Assembly (NCBI RefSeq): GCF_001194135.2
Contig: NC_068997.1
Coordinates: 40,248,131-40,312,130, forward strand
Direction: 5' to 3'
Origin: Octopus bimaculoides
Taxonomy: Eukaryota
DNA: 64,000 nucleotides
The notes beneath the pieces are model-generated. The model was not told the DNA's origin. It searched no databases and saw only the letters and a list, made by a program, of their open reading frames with translations. A program made the translations under genes and the position numbers. This document shows positions 1 to 12,426 of this stretch, piece by piece (position 1 is the first letter of the stretch; each line of letters begins with the position of its first letter).

Positions 1-6
1 TCATCA

Positions 7-58
<52 letters not shown>
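1..58. repeat. (TCA)n/(TTA)n microsatellite
   Basis: Direct reading of the trinucleotide run. Confidence 0.95.
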
Positions 59-59
<1 letters not shown>

Positions 60-61
60 AT

Positions 62-1560
62 GACAGCGAGCTGTACAGAAATTGCTTAGAGCTTGGGTCA
101 CCTTCCATCCTAACCCCATCGCCACCCCATCATAATCAGTGCTGAAGTACTAGGCACTCTATACTAGTAGACCGAATGCGTTCGATGCTTTCAACCTCAC
201 TTACACACATTTGCCATTGGATACCCAATACACTGTGGAAAGGCTGTAAGTGAAATCGCACAAACTTTCCATATATCTCCGGCATGTAGCAACGAAAACA
301 AAACAGAAATATTGTAGACACCCGACTTTGTCTTAAGTCAAATTCCATGTCGAGGCTATAAATATCTCTCCAATTTTTCAAATGCCCATCTCTAGCTTTC
401 TTGATTCGGAGCGAGATTTTACCTTGAAGAGTATTTGACATGTTCACAACACTGTCTAAACGCACGAAATTATCCACAACACGCAATTTATGTTCATACA
501 CATCAATTTTGGGCTCAGAGTAGACGTTACTTAGTGCTGATTGGTACATGAGGACTGTCATTTTTTAGACTCAATGCACATTATGTTGTCGAGAAGGAGT
601 CCATAAGATGCTGTATGTCATTGAGCAACAAGATAATGGTCATTAACATGCAAGAATTCACGTATAAGTAATGGAAACAGATTTGTTGTGGAAGCAAACC
701 GTCTTATATTCAGCATGTAATGCTGAACCAATGTAAACAACTATCGAAAGCCTTAGCAAAGTACAATACGAATAAGGTTGGCCCTCCTATATCCCCTTGC
801 TTAACACCATTTTCTCTTGATATTTGATCGGTGAGCTTACCACGTTGTCACATGTATTTATTCCACAATGAAAACTTCCAAGCATAGAGGAAAACTTATC
901 AAGACACTCGAGCTTCTTCAGAATGTTCCATAAGACATTGCTATTGTATCAAAACTTACATAATGAACGACTTGATACAAGTCCATCTTCTCAAATTTAT
1001 TGCAATTGTCTGGCAGAAAGGATCATATGCTTGTCGCCATGCCATTTGCGAAACCACAGTGAGACTAAGAGAACCTCATCAACGATGTTTTTAAGTACTC
1101 TACTATACTTCCCTAAACAACACCTTGCCAACAAAGAGAAGCGATGCTCCATTGTAATTACCAGTCTTCCTACCCACCTTCCCGTTTATAGAGAACCAAA
1201 ATCAGCGCATCTTTCCAATCATTTAGGATACTCTCTTTAATCCAAACCTTTTGCATTAATTCTGTTTGAGATGGAAGCACACTCTTGCTTCCATTATACA
1301 GCTCAGACATCCCAGACTACTTACTATTATCTAGGTTTTGGTTTTTACAGAATTTGGGACCGCTTCAAGCGGAGGAGTTTCTGCTTATATATTTTTTAGT
1401 GATCATGAAAGAAATCGAGCCAATAGACTCATCAGTCTGAGAAAGCTTATTTAAAAGTTCGTTGGTTTGAATATCTTTAGGTTCTCTGACTACACAGAGA
1501 AGTAATATCAGAGAGTGATTGTTTTCGCTTTGTTGAACGTAGTTAATTTTAGTTTCCAAC
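62..1560 (-). mobile_element. Decayed RTE-clade LINE, reverse transcriptase and C-terminal region
   Basis: Manual minus-strand translation gives ordered RTE RT motifs with stops and frameshifts: KVWIKESILNDWKDA, CGFR, SFDT, GVKQGD..PTLF, DIQHLMDSFS, then the 136-561 ORF (EPKIDV..HKLRVVDNF..EISLRI-like, RFH..VLGIQWQ..TSIE). Confidence 0.85.
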
Positions 1561-1707
1561 GCATTATTTTAGTTACGAGACACTCTATTTTCATTATTTT
1601 CATATTTCACACAGAGAAGATTCCACGGCGTATTGTCAATTAAATGCTTGGATAGGATAATCTCAATTGATCGATGTTTCTCAACTTATGTTACTTATCT
1701 GACATCC

Positions 1708-1710
<3 letters not shown>

Positions 1711-1769
<59 letters not shown>

Positions 1770-1878
1770 CCGTATCTACGTGTATACACATAGAAACACT
1801 TTTACACACACATATGCATATATGGATGTATATATATATCAATATATATACACACACGCACATATATGTACATGAATA

Positions 1879-1914
<36 letters not shown>

Positions 1915-1998
1915 TATATATATATATATTTATACATACATACATACATACATACATAATACATACATGCATAATACATACATATATACATACATACA

Positions 1999-2079
<81 letters not shown>
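1711..2079. repeat. Compound microsatellite (CT)n(CA)n / (TG)n / (TACA)n / (TA)n
   Basis: Direct reading; source of the spurious THTH/YIYI ORFs. Confidence 0.95.
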
Positions 2080-3409
2080 CACAATGTTCGAGAATACACT
2101 TAAAAATGACGATATTTCAGTTACTATTGAAATAATGACTGGTGAATTTGTGGACGTAAAGGTCACTCGAGTTCGATGATATTGCCTGGAGAACGATCTC
2201 ATGCTTAGTTGTAACGAATTATTTCAATAGACTTCTAGCTGAGAATTTAGATTCTTTGCATTATGAAACTTTTCCGTTTCATATTTAAATACGACGTATT
2301 ATATTAGTAGCGACCAGTACTGCTTTCTTGTATTCTCCTAAACTTTTGACTGTATTGCTTTTATTTTAAATTTTAATTTTGCCACAGCAAATATTCGCAT
2401 TTCATTTAATCATATTTTTATTGTTTCTTCATTGTTAAAAGACAAACAACATCCACCAATTTTCTTCTTTGTCGTTCAATAGTTGTTGTTGAATAATGAA
2501 GCTATTTTTGTTTACTCCTTTCATTGTTTGTTAGTAAACAATACTTGTTCAAGTTTAATTTGTTCTCTTTGTATGAACGAATCAAAACAATGCAGCAGAT
2601 CTATCAGCTTTTAAAGCCTTCCTTTTCTTATTCTCTGATTTCGGTGGGACTGCATTGTCTTCTTCAACTTGCTAATATTTACTGCAATATTTTAAGTAGC
2701 ATGGGGAACTACTAAGTTGCTCATATTAACTTATTTAATTAGCTAACAAATTATCTAATTGACTGGAGTGCAGAGAAGAACAATAAAAATTAACAAACGA
2801 TGGAATAAAAGAGAAAGTTAAAGAGCAAGTCCGTCATATTCTCTAATGTTTATAATTTCAAATTACAAATCATTCCATATTTTACATGGTATAACAATTA
2901 TTAGAGTAAAAAGAATAGTGAAAGTTTGCAATGTAAAATTAAAGAAGAAATATATTGATAACTCTTGGAATGGGGTCTGTTTATGAAACATGTTTAATCA
3001 AAGAGATATTTGCTGTTGCAATATAATAATCAAACACGTCAATCTATACACTTTAGCGCACTCGATGTTGCTAAAGAAATGAGGAACTTCGGCGCAACAG
3101 TTACAATGCTCGAAACTGTATCATAATTTTCTCCTAACTTTACAATGTCTTTAATTGCGCCTTTAAAATAAAAAATGATGATAAATTATAATAAATAAAA
3201 CTAAATTAGAGAGCAAAATATTAGTTTGCTTATATACTCATCCACATTAGGCTTCCCCTCTTCATCAACAATATCATTATTATCATTGATAATCTCTTAT
3301 GTAATTTCTTAAGGCAAAGTAAATGTAGAATTATTAGTTGATGATGTTAATCTTTAATAAGAATAATTCTAATAATACTTTTAATAATATTAATAATTCC
3401 ATCTAATTT

Positions 3410-3590
3410 TTGACAAAGGGCCAGCAACTTTGAGGAGAGTTGGAAGTCAATTACATTGACTCCAGTACTCATCGTGTGTATATTTTATTGATCACGAAAT
3501 GATGGAAGGCAAAGTTGGCCTCGGCGTTAATTGAACTCAGAAAGTAAAGAGCCGGAAGAAAAGCATCTTGTCCGTGTTGCTAACGATTGA
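3410..3590 (-). mobile_element. tRNA-derived SINE, family A (window label), degenerate
   Basis: Reverse complement matches the family A body (B-box GAGTTCAA, GCCTT..CATC, TGGAGTCAATGTAATTGACTT). Confidence 0.7.
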
Positions 3591-3826
3591 GAAAAATCGC
3601 AGCCTCATAATAGTAATAATGATAATAACAACGACGCGTTGAAGTTCCCTACCCTGAAAACTTCCATAACATTACCAAAACAAAACTCAAAATTAACAAT
3701 AAAAGGTAAGAAAGCAATTACATAGGAATCCAGCATGCACAACTGACCCCTATTTTATGTATAGCAAAAGATTTAATTCACAAGGCATATTGTTAAATAA
3801 TTTGCAATAGTATAAAAGATCAGTTT

Positions 3827-4043
3827 AAGGCGGTGAGCTGGTAGAATCATTAACACGCCTGGCAAAATTCTTAACGGCATTTCGTCCGTCTTCACTTGAG
3901 TTCAAATTCTGCCGAAATCCACTTTGGCTTTTATGCTTTCGGGGTCGATAAAATAGGTACCAGTTGAACACTGGGATCGATGTAATTGACTTACCCCCTC
4001 CCCCAAAATTGTTTGCCTTGAGCCAAAATCTGAAATCAATATT
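3827..4043 (+). mobile_element. tRNA-derived SINE, family A, near full length
   Basis: Head AAGGCGGTGAGCTGGTAGAATC, B-box GAGTTCAAATTC, body CTTTCGGGGTCGATAAAATAGGTACCAG; recurs more than 20 times in the window. Confidence 0.85.
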
Positions 4044-4579
4044 ATAAGCGATCAGTGTTTGGGAGCCAAAGCTGGAGCGAGCCTTTGACTGCACTTAAAA
4101 CAGAACGACTCCACCCAATAAGTACAACTAATACCCAACACACAAGTACTATACATGTGAGTATTATAAAAATAATGTTTTAGTTAAACCACAAACAGTT
4201 ATTGTACAAGTAGACACTTGGGACAAATGAGTTGAGAAAAATGGTAACGAATTTTTGTATCCAAACGAAACAGACCAAATTAAGCGATCATTTAGACAAA
4301 AAAACCACATTCTTTTCTAAAATCAAATCATGTCTACATGATTCAATCAACAACAATAAACTATTTACTAAGCACTGTTTATGATACTAATATCGTTGCA
4401 TCTGTAACTTAAGGAGGCCGTTACACTAAGGAAAGAAAGTGTTGGTGGCCACTAGCAACAGTAACGTTGATGATAATAGAGGTAAAGGAAAAGAGAGGGG
4501 AGAAAGTTAATTACGATTGGCAGAGTTACCACCGCACCATTAATTACTACGACATTATATATTCTCCATAAACATACTC

Positions 4580-4737
4580 GGCGCAGGCATGGCTATATGG
4601 TAAGTAGCATGCTTACCAACCTCATAGTTCCGTGGCATCTTGGGCGAATATCTTCTACTATAGCCTAGGGCTGACCGAAGTCTTGTGAGTAGATTTGGTA
4701 GATGGAAACTGAAAGACGCCCGTCGTATATATATGTG

Positions 4738-4832
<95 letters not shown>

Positions 4833-5018
4833 ATTTATTCACCTCAACATTGCTAGACAACCGATGCTGGTGTGTTTACGTCCTCGTAACTTAGCGGTTC
4901 GACACAAGACATCCGATGGAATAAGTACTAGGCTTACAAAAATAAGTCGTGGGGTCGATTTGCTCGACTAAAGATCGTGCTCCAGCATGGCCGCAGTCAC
5001 ATAGCTGACACAAGTAAA
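4580..5018 (+). mobile_element. tRNA-derived SINE, family B (CORE-like motif, internal (TG)n)
   Basis: tRNA-like head, CTTGGGCGAA CORE-like motif, internal TG tract, tail CCAGCATGGCCGCAGTC..ACAAGTAAA shared with other copies. Confidence 0.85.
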
Positions 5019-5039
5019 TGAATATCCTGTTACTGTATC

Positions 5040-5330
5040 GAGGGTGCATGGCCTATTTGTTTGGATGTTGCTCGCAAGATCGTGGTTTCAATTCCTAGAC
5101 TAGCTGTTGCGTTGTGTTGTTGAGCAAAACATTTCCTCTCACGTTGATCTTCGATCGTGTGACACACAGTGCACCTGTTGAGGCAACACCGATTTGATAG
5201 AGTGAGCGAGCGAATGTACACCACAAACACTTGATCACTAGAAACATATCATTTGTGCACGTTGTCCAGCAAGAAATTGTAGGTCCACATTTTTCGGATT
5301 ACGGATTATCGTCTCATTACTGAGATTAAA
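5040..5330 (+). mobile_element. Degenerate tRNA-derived SINE (head related to the 36745 element)
   Basis: GATCGTGGTTTCAATTCC B-box followed by GTTGTGTTGTTGAGCAAAAC CORE-like motif. Confidence 0.55.
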
Positions 5331-5446
5331 ACAGAATATTAGCTTATTAGAATCTGTTTTACTTAAGGCATGCTGACGTTTAATAAAGTAGAAACTGGTT
5401 AAACTTCCTTCGAATTAGTGAAAATGATTTCTTTTTGTCCCTAACT

Positions 5447-5622
5447 ACCGTTTGACAACTGGTGTTGGTTTGTTTACATCCCCGTAACTTAGCGGTTCAG
5501 CAAAAGCAGTTGATAGAACAAGTAGCAGACCCAAAAAAATGTTCTGAGATCGATTCATTCGACCCTTGAAGGCACTGCTCCAGCATGGCTGTAGTCAAAT
5601 GACTAACATGTAAACAATGAAA
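5447..5622 (+). mobile_element. SINE family B, 3' half
   Basis: TTTGACAACTGGTGTTGG..CCCGTAACTTAGCGGTTC..CCAGCATGGC matches the family B tail. Confidence 0.8.
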
Positions 5623-6293
5623 GATAAAAAAAAAACATGATTCCAAATGTAAGTTACGTTTGGTTGTTTGAGTATGGTTTGTAGAAGTGGTGGTTTTGAC
5701 AATGGTTTGTGTATTATAATGGAAGTGGTGAAACCAGAGGTGATAATGCACACTGCTTTACGTATCAATGTTTTTTAATTGTTACTGGGATTTTATAGAG
5801 AAGATGAGGACCTTCCGGGTCCTTTTAGTGTATGTTGAACGTCATATTGTGAGTTTATTTGCAATCATGATTCGAAAATACCTTAGTATGAGGTTCAGCA
5901 GTGGTTCTCTCAAGAGGTGAACTCCAAAACACAAAAACACAAAGGTGTGTCTGTCCCTATCAGGTGTCAAAGTGTCAAAGGAAATCAATGAAACAGAACG
6001 CTGAACAATGAAAACTAAATTGAAGTGTTGCATTCCTAGTATTATCACCTCGACATATGAGTAGATATGAGGTATAATATTACTGAAAACAGACTTGTGA
6101 AATATATGGAGAGCTATAAAAAAAAATACACCAACAAAATACAAAAACTGGAAATATAATAAATCATCAATAGTATACACATTGAAAATAAAACAAAACT
6201 ACGTATAAAACTGAGTTCTGTCGCCATAGTTTAATTTAAATCATGGCATGTGAACCCTTTCGTGTCCACCCGGAGAGCAGAACAACTCACAAC

Positions 6294-6662
6294 GTACAGT
6301 TCTTTATTCAAGAGACGAGGAATTATGTACATTATTTACATTATTTGTATTTGACGGATATTTGTCTTCATCTTGTTTGTTGTTAACGCTACGCCATATA
6401 ATGGCGTAGTGGTTAAGAATGCGGGCTACTAACCCTAAGATTCCGAGTTCAATTCCAGGCAGCGACCAGAATAATAATAATAATAAAAATAATAGTAATA
6501 ACAACAAAAGCAACATCGAAAATACCTTAGGAATGAGAACCCAGGTTCGAAATTTCCCCAAGACACCTGATGAAGGCTGGAGGGTATATCAGCCGAAACG
6601 TTGTGTTAACAACAAACAAGATGAGGACAAATATCCGCCAAATGTAAATAATGTAAATTATG
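6294..6662 (+). mobile_element. tRNA-headed short retroelement with hammerhead ribozyme and inverted 3'-tail copy (PLE-dependent SINE candidate)
   Basis: A-box TGGCGTAGTGG (6402), B-box GAGTTCAATTCC (6445), (AAT)n linker, hammerhead 6562-6607; 53-bp inverted repeat 6335-6387/6605-6657 (4 mismatches); direct repeat AACTCACAAC at 6284 and 6663. Confidence 0.75.
6562..6607 (+). ncRNA. Minimal type I hammerhead ribozyme (PLE-type)
   Basis: GACAC-CTGATGA-A-GGCTG(10 nt loop)CAGCC-GAAA-CG-TT-GTGTT: stem I GACAC/GTGTT, stem II 5 bp, palindromic stem III AACGTT, GUU cleavage triplet. Confidence 0.85.
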
Positions 6663-6778
6663 AACTCACAACATCACTGAGAAGAAAAACAAAAATTTCT
6701 GCACTTGATGGAAACTGAACAAAGAGTGAAGGAAATCAGAAAAGTAAAATTCTTTGATCCAATCTCGATAGGTTAAGC

Positions 6779-7910
6779 CGGTGGTTCCCAAACATTTTTA
6801 GATTGCTGCCCCCTTGGCTCCTAGGCCACATTCCTAGCACCCTTCATACCACCCCACACCACACCAACACAAGCATAAATCTCTTTCTGCCACTGAAAAC
6901 CACTGTATTTCACAAATAGAATTTAACCTAGCTAACCCATTATTTTGCTGTTTTTACAATATGAAAGAGTAAATATACAACTCACACGTTACGACGTTGC
7001 TTCCGCACTTTTGACGCGAGGGATATACTTTGTGCAGGGATATCAGCTTCTTTACATCCAACTGAAAGGTACCAAGTAATAATCTCAGATCCCCGTCTTC
7101 AATAATTTTCAGTCTGATTCTTTGCTTGGAAAGAAGCTGGGCAGTTGCACTAAAGCTCCACTCTGCAAAATATAATGTTGGGAAGTCATCTTGACTTTGT
7201 TCCATTGAGCAGGGTAGCTGTCAGAAATGTCCTTTGCTATCAAATATCCTGATATGATTTTTTTCAACTGTAGCCAGCTCAATAATATTTTAAAGTGAAA
7301 CCAATTTTTCTGCTGCTGTTCTTGTTACCTCATTCCTGATATCACCCAGGCTGATACATTAATAAAATATAAACGCTCTGAAATCTGTGCAGCTCATCCA
7401 GATGTGAACAATATACTTGAATGTCATTTTCTGCTATGCGCTTTTCCTTCTCCAATTCAGAGAGGCTCAGAAACTGTAAGAACTCACGTTAACTTATGTT
7501 ACATTTAAATAATTGTAACAAAGAAAAACGTGAAGAGGGCAGATTTTACTTTGGTAAGGTTTAACCCCATTTCCTTGCTGTAGCAAATTAATTTCATCGA
7601 ACATTGTGAATATATCTGCCATATAAGCAATGTCATGCTTATTGCGTTTTAGTTCACACAAAGAACAAAATAAACAGTCTTGCAAAAATTCAGCAACTCT
7701 TCTTTAAAAAATGAACATAGAAAAATTATGTGCAACAGCAAAAGTTTAAACATTCTCAGAGCAGATCTATCGAAGTAGCGGAGAATGGAAAGCATATGCA
7801 TTGATAACAGTGCTCAAAAATTTGTTCAGTCTCCCACTAAGATTGCTTGCAACCTGTGGATTAGGCATTGTGTAACTTTTCTATAAACTGATAAAGTTGC
7901 GATGACGACC
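6779..7910 (-). mobile_element. hAT (Buster/Charlie-type) transposon relic: transposase C-terminal part and one TIR
   Basis: TIR-like CGGTGGTTCCCAAAC at 6779; minus-strand peptides SNLSGRLNKFLSTVINA, KHDIAYMADIF..EINL.QQGN and FSATAQLLSKQRIRL..GDLRLLL..DVKKLISLHKVYPS. Confidence 0.75.
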
Positions 7911-8061
7911 TACAGTCAGTGGTGTCTCAGCTATTACTCAAACACGAAATTCTTTCCTCACGTTAAATGCTGAGTTCCAATTAGAACCACACTACGGTAA
8001 CATTGAGTACTTCTTCTTATGTTACTCCAGCAGATCTTAAAAAATAATCATAGTCATTTAT

Positions 8062-8281
8062 AAGGCGGTCAGCTGGCAGAATCTTTAGCACACTGGATAA
8101 AATGCTTTACTGCATTTCGTCCGTCAATATGTTCTCTGTTCAAGTTTTGCCAAGGTCCACTTTGCCTCTCATCCTTTCGGGGTTAGTAAAATATGTACCA
8201 GTTGAACACTGGGGTCGATGTAATTGACTTACCTCCTCCCATCAAATTTCAGGCCATGCGCCTATTGTAGAAAGGATTATT
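8062..8281 (+). mobile_element. SINE family A
   Basis: Head AAGGCGGTCAGCTGGCAGAATC and family body. Confidence 0.8.
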
Positions 8282-8730
8282 ACGTCATACTGCGGAGTAA
8301 GAAATGCCAGATTTCATTGGTATTTTTTTTATACGCTCACTGTCAAACATTAATAAAAGTTCTTACGCAAAAAATAATTTTCTAAGGATGTGAAGTCTTT
8401 CAAGGCGGGAAAATTTTGAAGCCCTTGCATTTGAACCTTTCCAACCGTATCAGATGGTACGATAGGCTTCTGTTTTGTATATGAAATTGAACATAAGGCT
8501 CCGATAATGTTTTGTACAATTTCGTTTTTCTGCTGTAAAGTATCCTAGTTACTTTTACTTTCAATTCAGCTTACCCCGAGATCTTTTCTATTTGTTTGTT
8601 TACAATTTTTTTTTTGTCTCAGGGAATTGCGACGTCTATTATGAGACATTTTCCTTTGTTTATGACATGTATAAAGATAATTGCTCTCTTCAATTGCTCT
8701 GTCTGTCTGGATGTCAAAATCCTATAGAAT

Positions 8731-8742
8731 ATATTATTATTA

Positions 8743-8780
<38 letters not shown>
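8731..8780. repeat. (ATT)n microsatellite
   Basis: Direct reading. Confidence 0.95.
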
Positions 8781-8893
8781 GCCGCTGAATCACTAACAAC
8801 AACTGAAATATCAACAACAAGATTAGTGGTGAAATAATATCAGAGATCAATATAGATCCGGCAGTACTATAGGGATCAATAAGAGCGCATACA

Positions 8894-8910
8894 AGAACAA
8901 CAACAACAAT

Positions 8911-8946
<36 letters not shown>

Positions 8947-8990
8947 AACAACAACAACAACAATAACAACAACAACGACAGCAACAACAA
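8894..8990. repeat. (CAA)n microsatellite with TAA interruptions
   Basis: Direct reading. Confidence 0.95.
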
Positions 8991-10254
8991 TCTACGTAAA
9001 CAACTATAATTTCACCATACTGATTTAGCCAAGTATTTATAACACAGAAAAAAATAACATGTAAAAAAAAATAGACATGTATAAAGTTTTTCAAACAACT
9101 TAACATGTGATTATTTCTCTAAGGGCGCACGCAAAATATTCGCATACAAATATTTACAGAAGCCTACATACATACATGCACAAACACATTAGTACGCATA
9201 TACACATAGAGACAAAACTGACTTGTTCAGCTGAACCATACATTCATATGACCACAGTTATTTGCTAATTGAATTAGGTGATTTGATGTGTTAAGAAAAT
9301 TACTTTGATTCATACTGATGCAATGAAGCGAGGAAATGGTTTAAAGAGATGTGCATTTCCAATGTTAAATCAATTTAGTCCAGTTTCACCATATTTAACA
9401 ATTCTTTCGTGAAATGCTTTCAACCTAGAAATAAAGCAAAGGCTTAAATGGGGTTTTTTTCTTCTTTGCCCTCTCTCTTTTTTCCTCCCTTTTCCTCTCA
9501 CTAACATCGTAAGACCTTTTAACATAAATATGCTCCTGTGACTTTTTCAAGGAATATAAAACACCAGAATGTAAATTAAGTAAACAAAATAAAAAGGCTG
9601 GAAACGTAATTGTATATATTTTCAGCATGATTCTTATTTCCATGTATGTATAAGGCGATAAATTTAGAAAAAAAACAAAAAAAAAAACGAATTGATTTAG
9701 NNNNNNNNNNCATTTAGAATTTTTTTTTTCCTTTCTAGAATTTGGAATCGAATCTGACTGCCACAACAGAAAAGATTATGCTTTGCCTAAGGGCAAGGTT
9801 AGAATTAGAGTATGCTATGCCCTGCTTTGTATATAGAGGGTTTTTAATGTTTAGTCCCAGGTCAGCCCTGGCTGAATAGACAAAGTATGAATAGCGTTTC
9901 AGCCAAAATCACTCCACCCTTTTCTCAGGCATTGTTCCCCCTAGGACTAAATTGTGTCCCTCCCGCCAGTACAGAAGACCAACTGCTAACGCTTCTGAAG
10001 ATGAACAATTACACAATCCCGATGATTGTATAATTGTTCAGTGAAAATCGGACTCATGATCCATTATAGAGAAATTAACTTCTTAGGATCGTTAGCGCGT
10101 CGAACAAATTACCTTGCGGTATTTACTAACAGATCTATCACGTTCTGAATTCTGATCTCACCGAGACTTCGATACACTTTCTAACACTGGGACATGATTA
10201 CAGGGACATTTCTTTATCTTTATAATTTTTTTTATATATCTTTATATCTTTTAT

Positions 10255-10475
10255 CTTTTATAGTCATAAGACTGCAGCCATGCCGGGGCATTACCTTGAA
10301 GAATTTCTAGTTGAACGAATCGAACCCAGCAATTATGTTTAAGCTCGGTATTATTCTATAGGTCTCTTTTGCCGAACCGCTAAGTTACAGGAACGTAAAC
10401 ATACCAACACCGTTTGTCAAGCGGTGGCAGGGAACAAACACAAGCACAAACAATCACTTACACACACATATTTGA
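10255..10475 (-). mobile_element. SINE family B, 3' half
   Basis: GACTGCAGCCATGC..GCCGAACCGCTAAGTTAC..CAACACCGTTTGTCAAGCG. Confidence 0.8.
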
Positions 10476-12006
10476 ACACGTAGATAAATACACAACCACA
10501 TGCATGGTTTGTATCAACGACACCAGCAAATTAATAATTACTACTGCTTAGTAATTTGCTAGACATCACTAATTTATTTAATTACACTTCTATTAAGCAG
10601 ATTATTACGTTAATTTAAAACTGAAATTAATTCGTAACTATTCATACAAATATATCCATCGCTGATAAACGTTCTTTTCGTCACGCTGCTATTAGTAATA
10701 CTGGTGTATAAAGGAATAAACTAAACTCTAATATCAATCCAGAAAAAAAATGGATTCTGACTAGTCTGCTATATTCTTTTCTACTCTAGGCACAGGGCCT
10801 GAAATTTTTGGGGAAAGGGCCTGAAATTTTTGGGGAAAGGGCCAGTCGCTTAGATCTACCCCGGGTCGCAACTAATACTAAATTTATCGACCCCTGCTAT
10901 ATTAACGTCCTCATCTGACTTCAGAAGAGAATATTCAAAAGAAAAAAATTGATTCCAACCAATGAATTATCATGAATGTTTTTTCTTGTTTTATCTTTTA
11001 CACGTTTCAGTCATTAGACTGCGGCCATGCGGGAGCACTACCTTTTAGTCGAACGAATCGACCACAGGAATTATTTTGTTTATTAACGTGGCACTTCAAG
11101 TGTCAATCGGAGTGGGGGGGGGNNNNNNNNNNNNNNNNNNNNNNNNNNNNNNNNNNNNNNNNNNNNNNNNNNNNNNNNNNNNNNNNNNNNNNNNNNNNNN
11201 NNNNNNNNNNNNNNNNNNNNNNNNNNNNNNNNNNNNNNNNNNNNNNNNNNNNNNNNNNNNNNNNNNNNNNNNNNNNNNNNNNNNNNNNNNNNNNNNNNNN
11301 NNNNNNNNNNNNNNNNNNNNNNNNNNNNNNNNNNNNNNNNNNNNNNNNNNNNNNNNNNNNNNNNNNNNNNNNNNNNNNNNNNNNNNNNNNNNNNNNNNNN
11401 NNNNNNNNNNNNNNNNNNNNNNNNNNNNNNNNNNNNNNNNNNNNNNNNNNNNNNNNNNNNNNNNNNNNNNNNNNNNNNNNNNNNNNNNNNNNNNNNNNNN
11501 NNNNNNNNNNNNNNNNNNNNNNNNNNNNNNNNNNNNNNNNNNNNNNNNNNNNNNNNNNNNNNNNNNNNNNNNNNNNNNNNNNNNNNNNNNNNNNNNNNNN
11601 NNNNNNNNNNNNNNNNNNNNNNNNNNNNNNNNNNNNNNNNNNNNNNNNNNNNNNNNNNNNNNNNNNNNNNNNNNNNNNNNNNNNNNNNNNNNNNNNNNNN
11701 NNNNNNNNNNNNNNNNNNNNNNNNNNNNNNNNNNNNNNNNNNNNNNNNNNNNNNNNNNNNNNNNNNNNNNNNNNNNNNNNNNNNNNNNNNNNNNNNNNNN
11801 NNNNNNNNNNNNNNNNNNNNNNNNNNNNNNNNNNNNNNNNNNNNNNNNNNNNNNNNNNNNNNNNNNNNNNNNNNNNNNNNNNNNNNNNNNNNNNNNNNNN
11901 NNNNNNNNNNNNNNNNNNNNNNNNNNNNNNNNNNNNNNNNNNNNNNNNNNNNNNNNNNNNNNNNNNNNNNNNNNNNNNNNNNNNNNNNNNNNNNNNNNNN
12001 NNNNNN

Positions 12007-12037
<31 letters not shown>

Positions 12038-12039
12038 TT

Positions 12040-12426
12040 TTATTCTTTTATTTGTTTCAGTAAATTGACTGTGGCCATGATAGAGCACCACCTTTAGTCG
12101 AACAAATCGACCCCAGGACTTATTCTTTGTAAGCCTAGCACTTATTGTATCGGATGTTTTTTGCCGAGCCGCTAAGTTACGGGGATGTAAACATACTAAC
12201 ATCGGTTGTCAAGCGATAGTGGGGGACAAACACAGGCACACAAACACGCGCGCACACACACACACACGCACACACACACACAATGGACTCTTTTTAGTTT
12301 CTGTATAGAAAATCCGCGCACAAGGCTTTGGACCACCTGAGACTAGAGTAGGAGACCCAAGATGCATTCAATGTCACTGAACCCCGAACCATGTGTCTCG
12401 GAAGTAAATTTCTTTCCAGACAGCCC
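12040..12426 (-). mobile_element. SINE family B, near full length
   Basis: Tail, CA tract and degenerate head (CTGAACCCCGAACCATGTG) in order. Confidence 0.8.

Noticed and set aside
1415-1440. Minus-strand CTGATGAGTC..GGCTC motif
   Set aside because: No GAAA follows, and it lies inside the RTE coding relic.
10794-10843. 22-bp duplication AGGGCCTGAAATTTTTGGGGAA
   Set aside because: Simple slippage inside a SINE A tail fragment.
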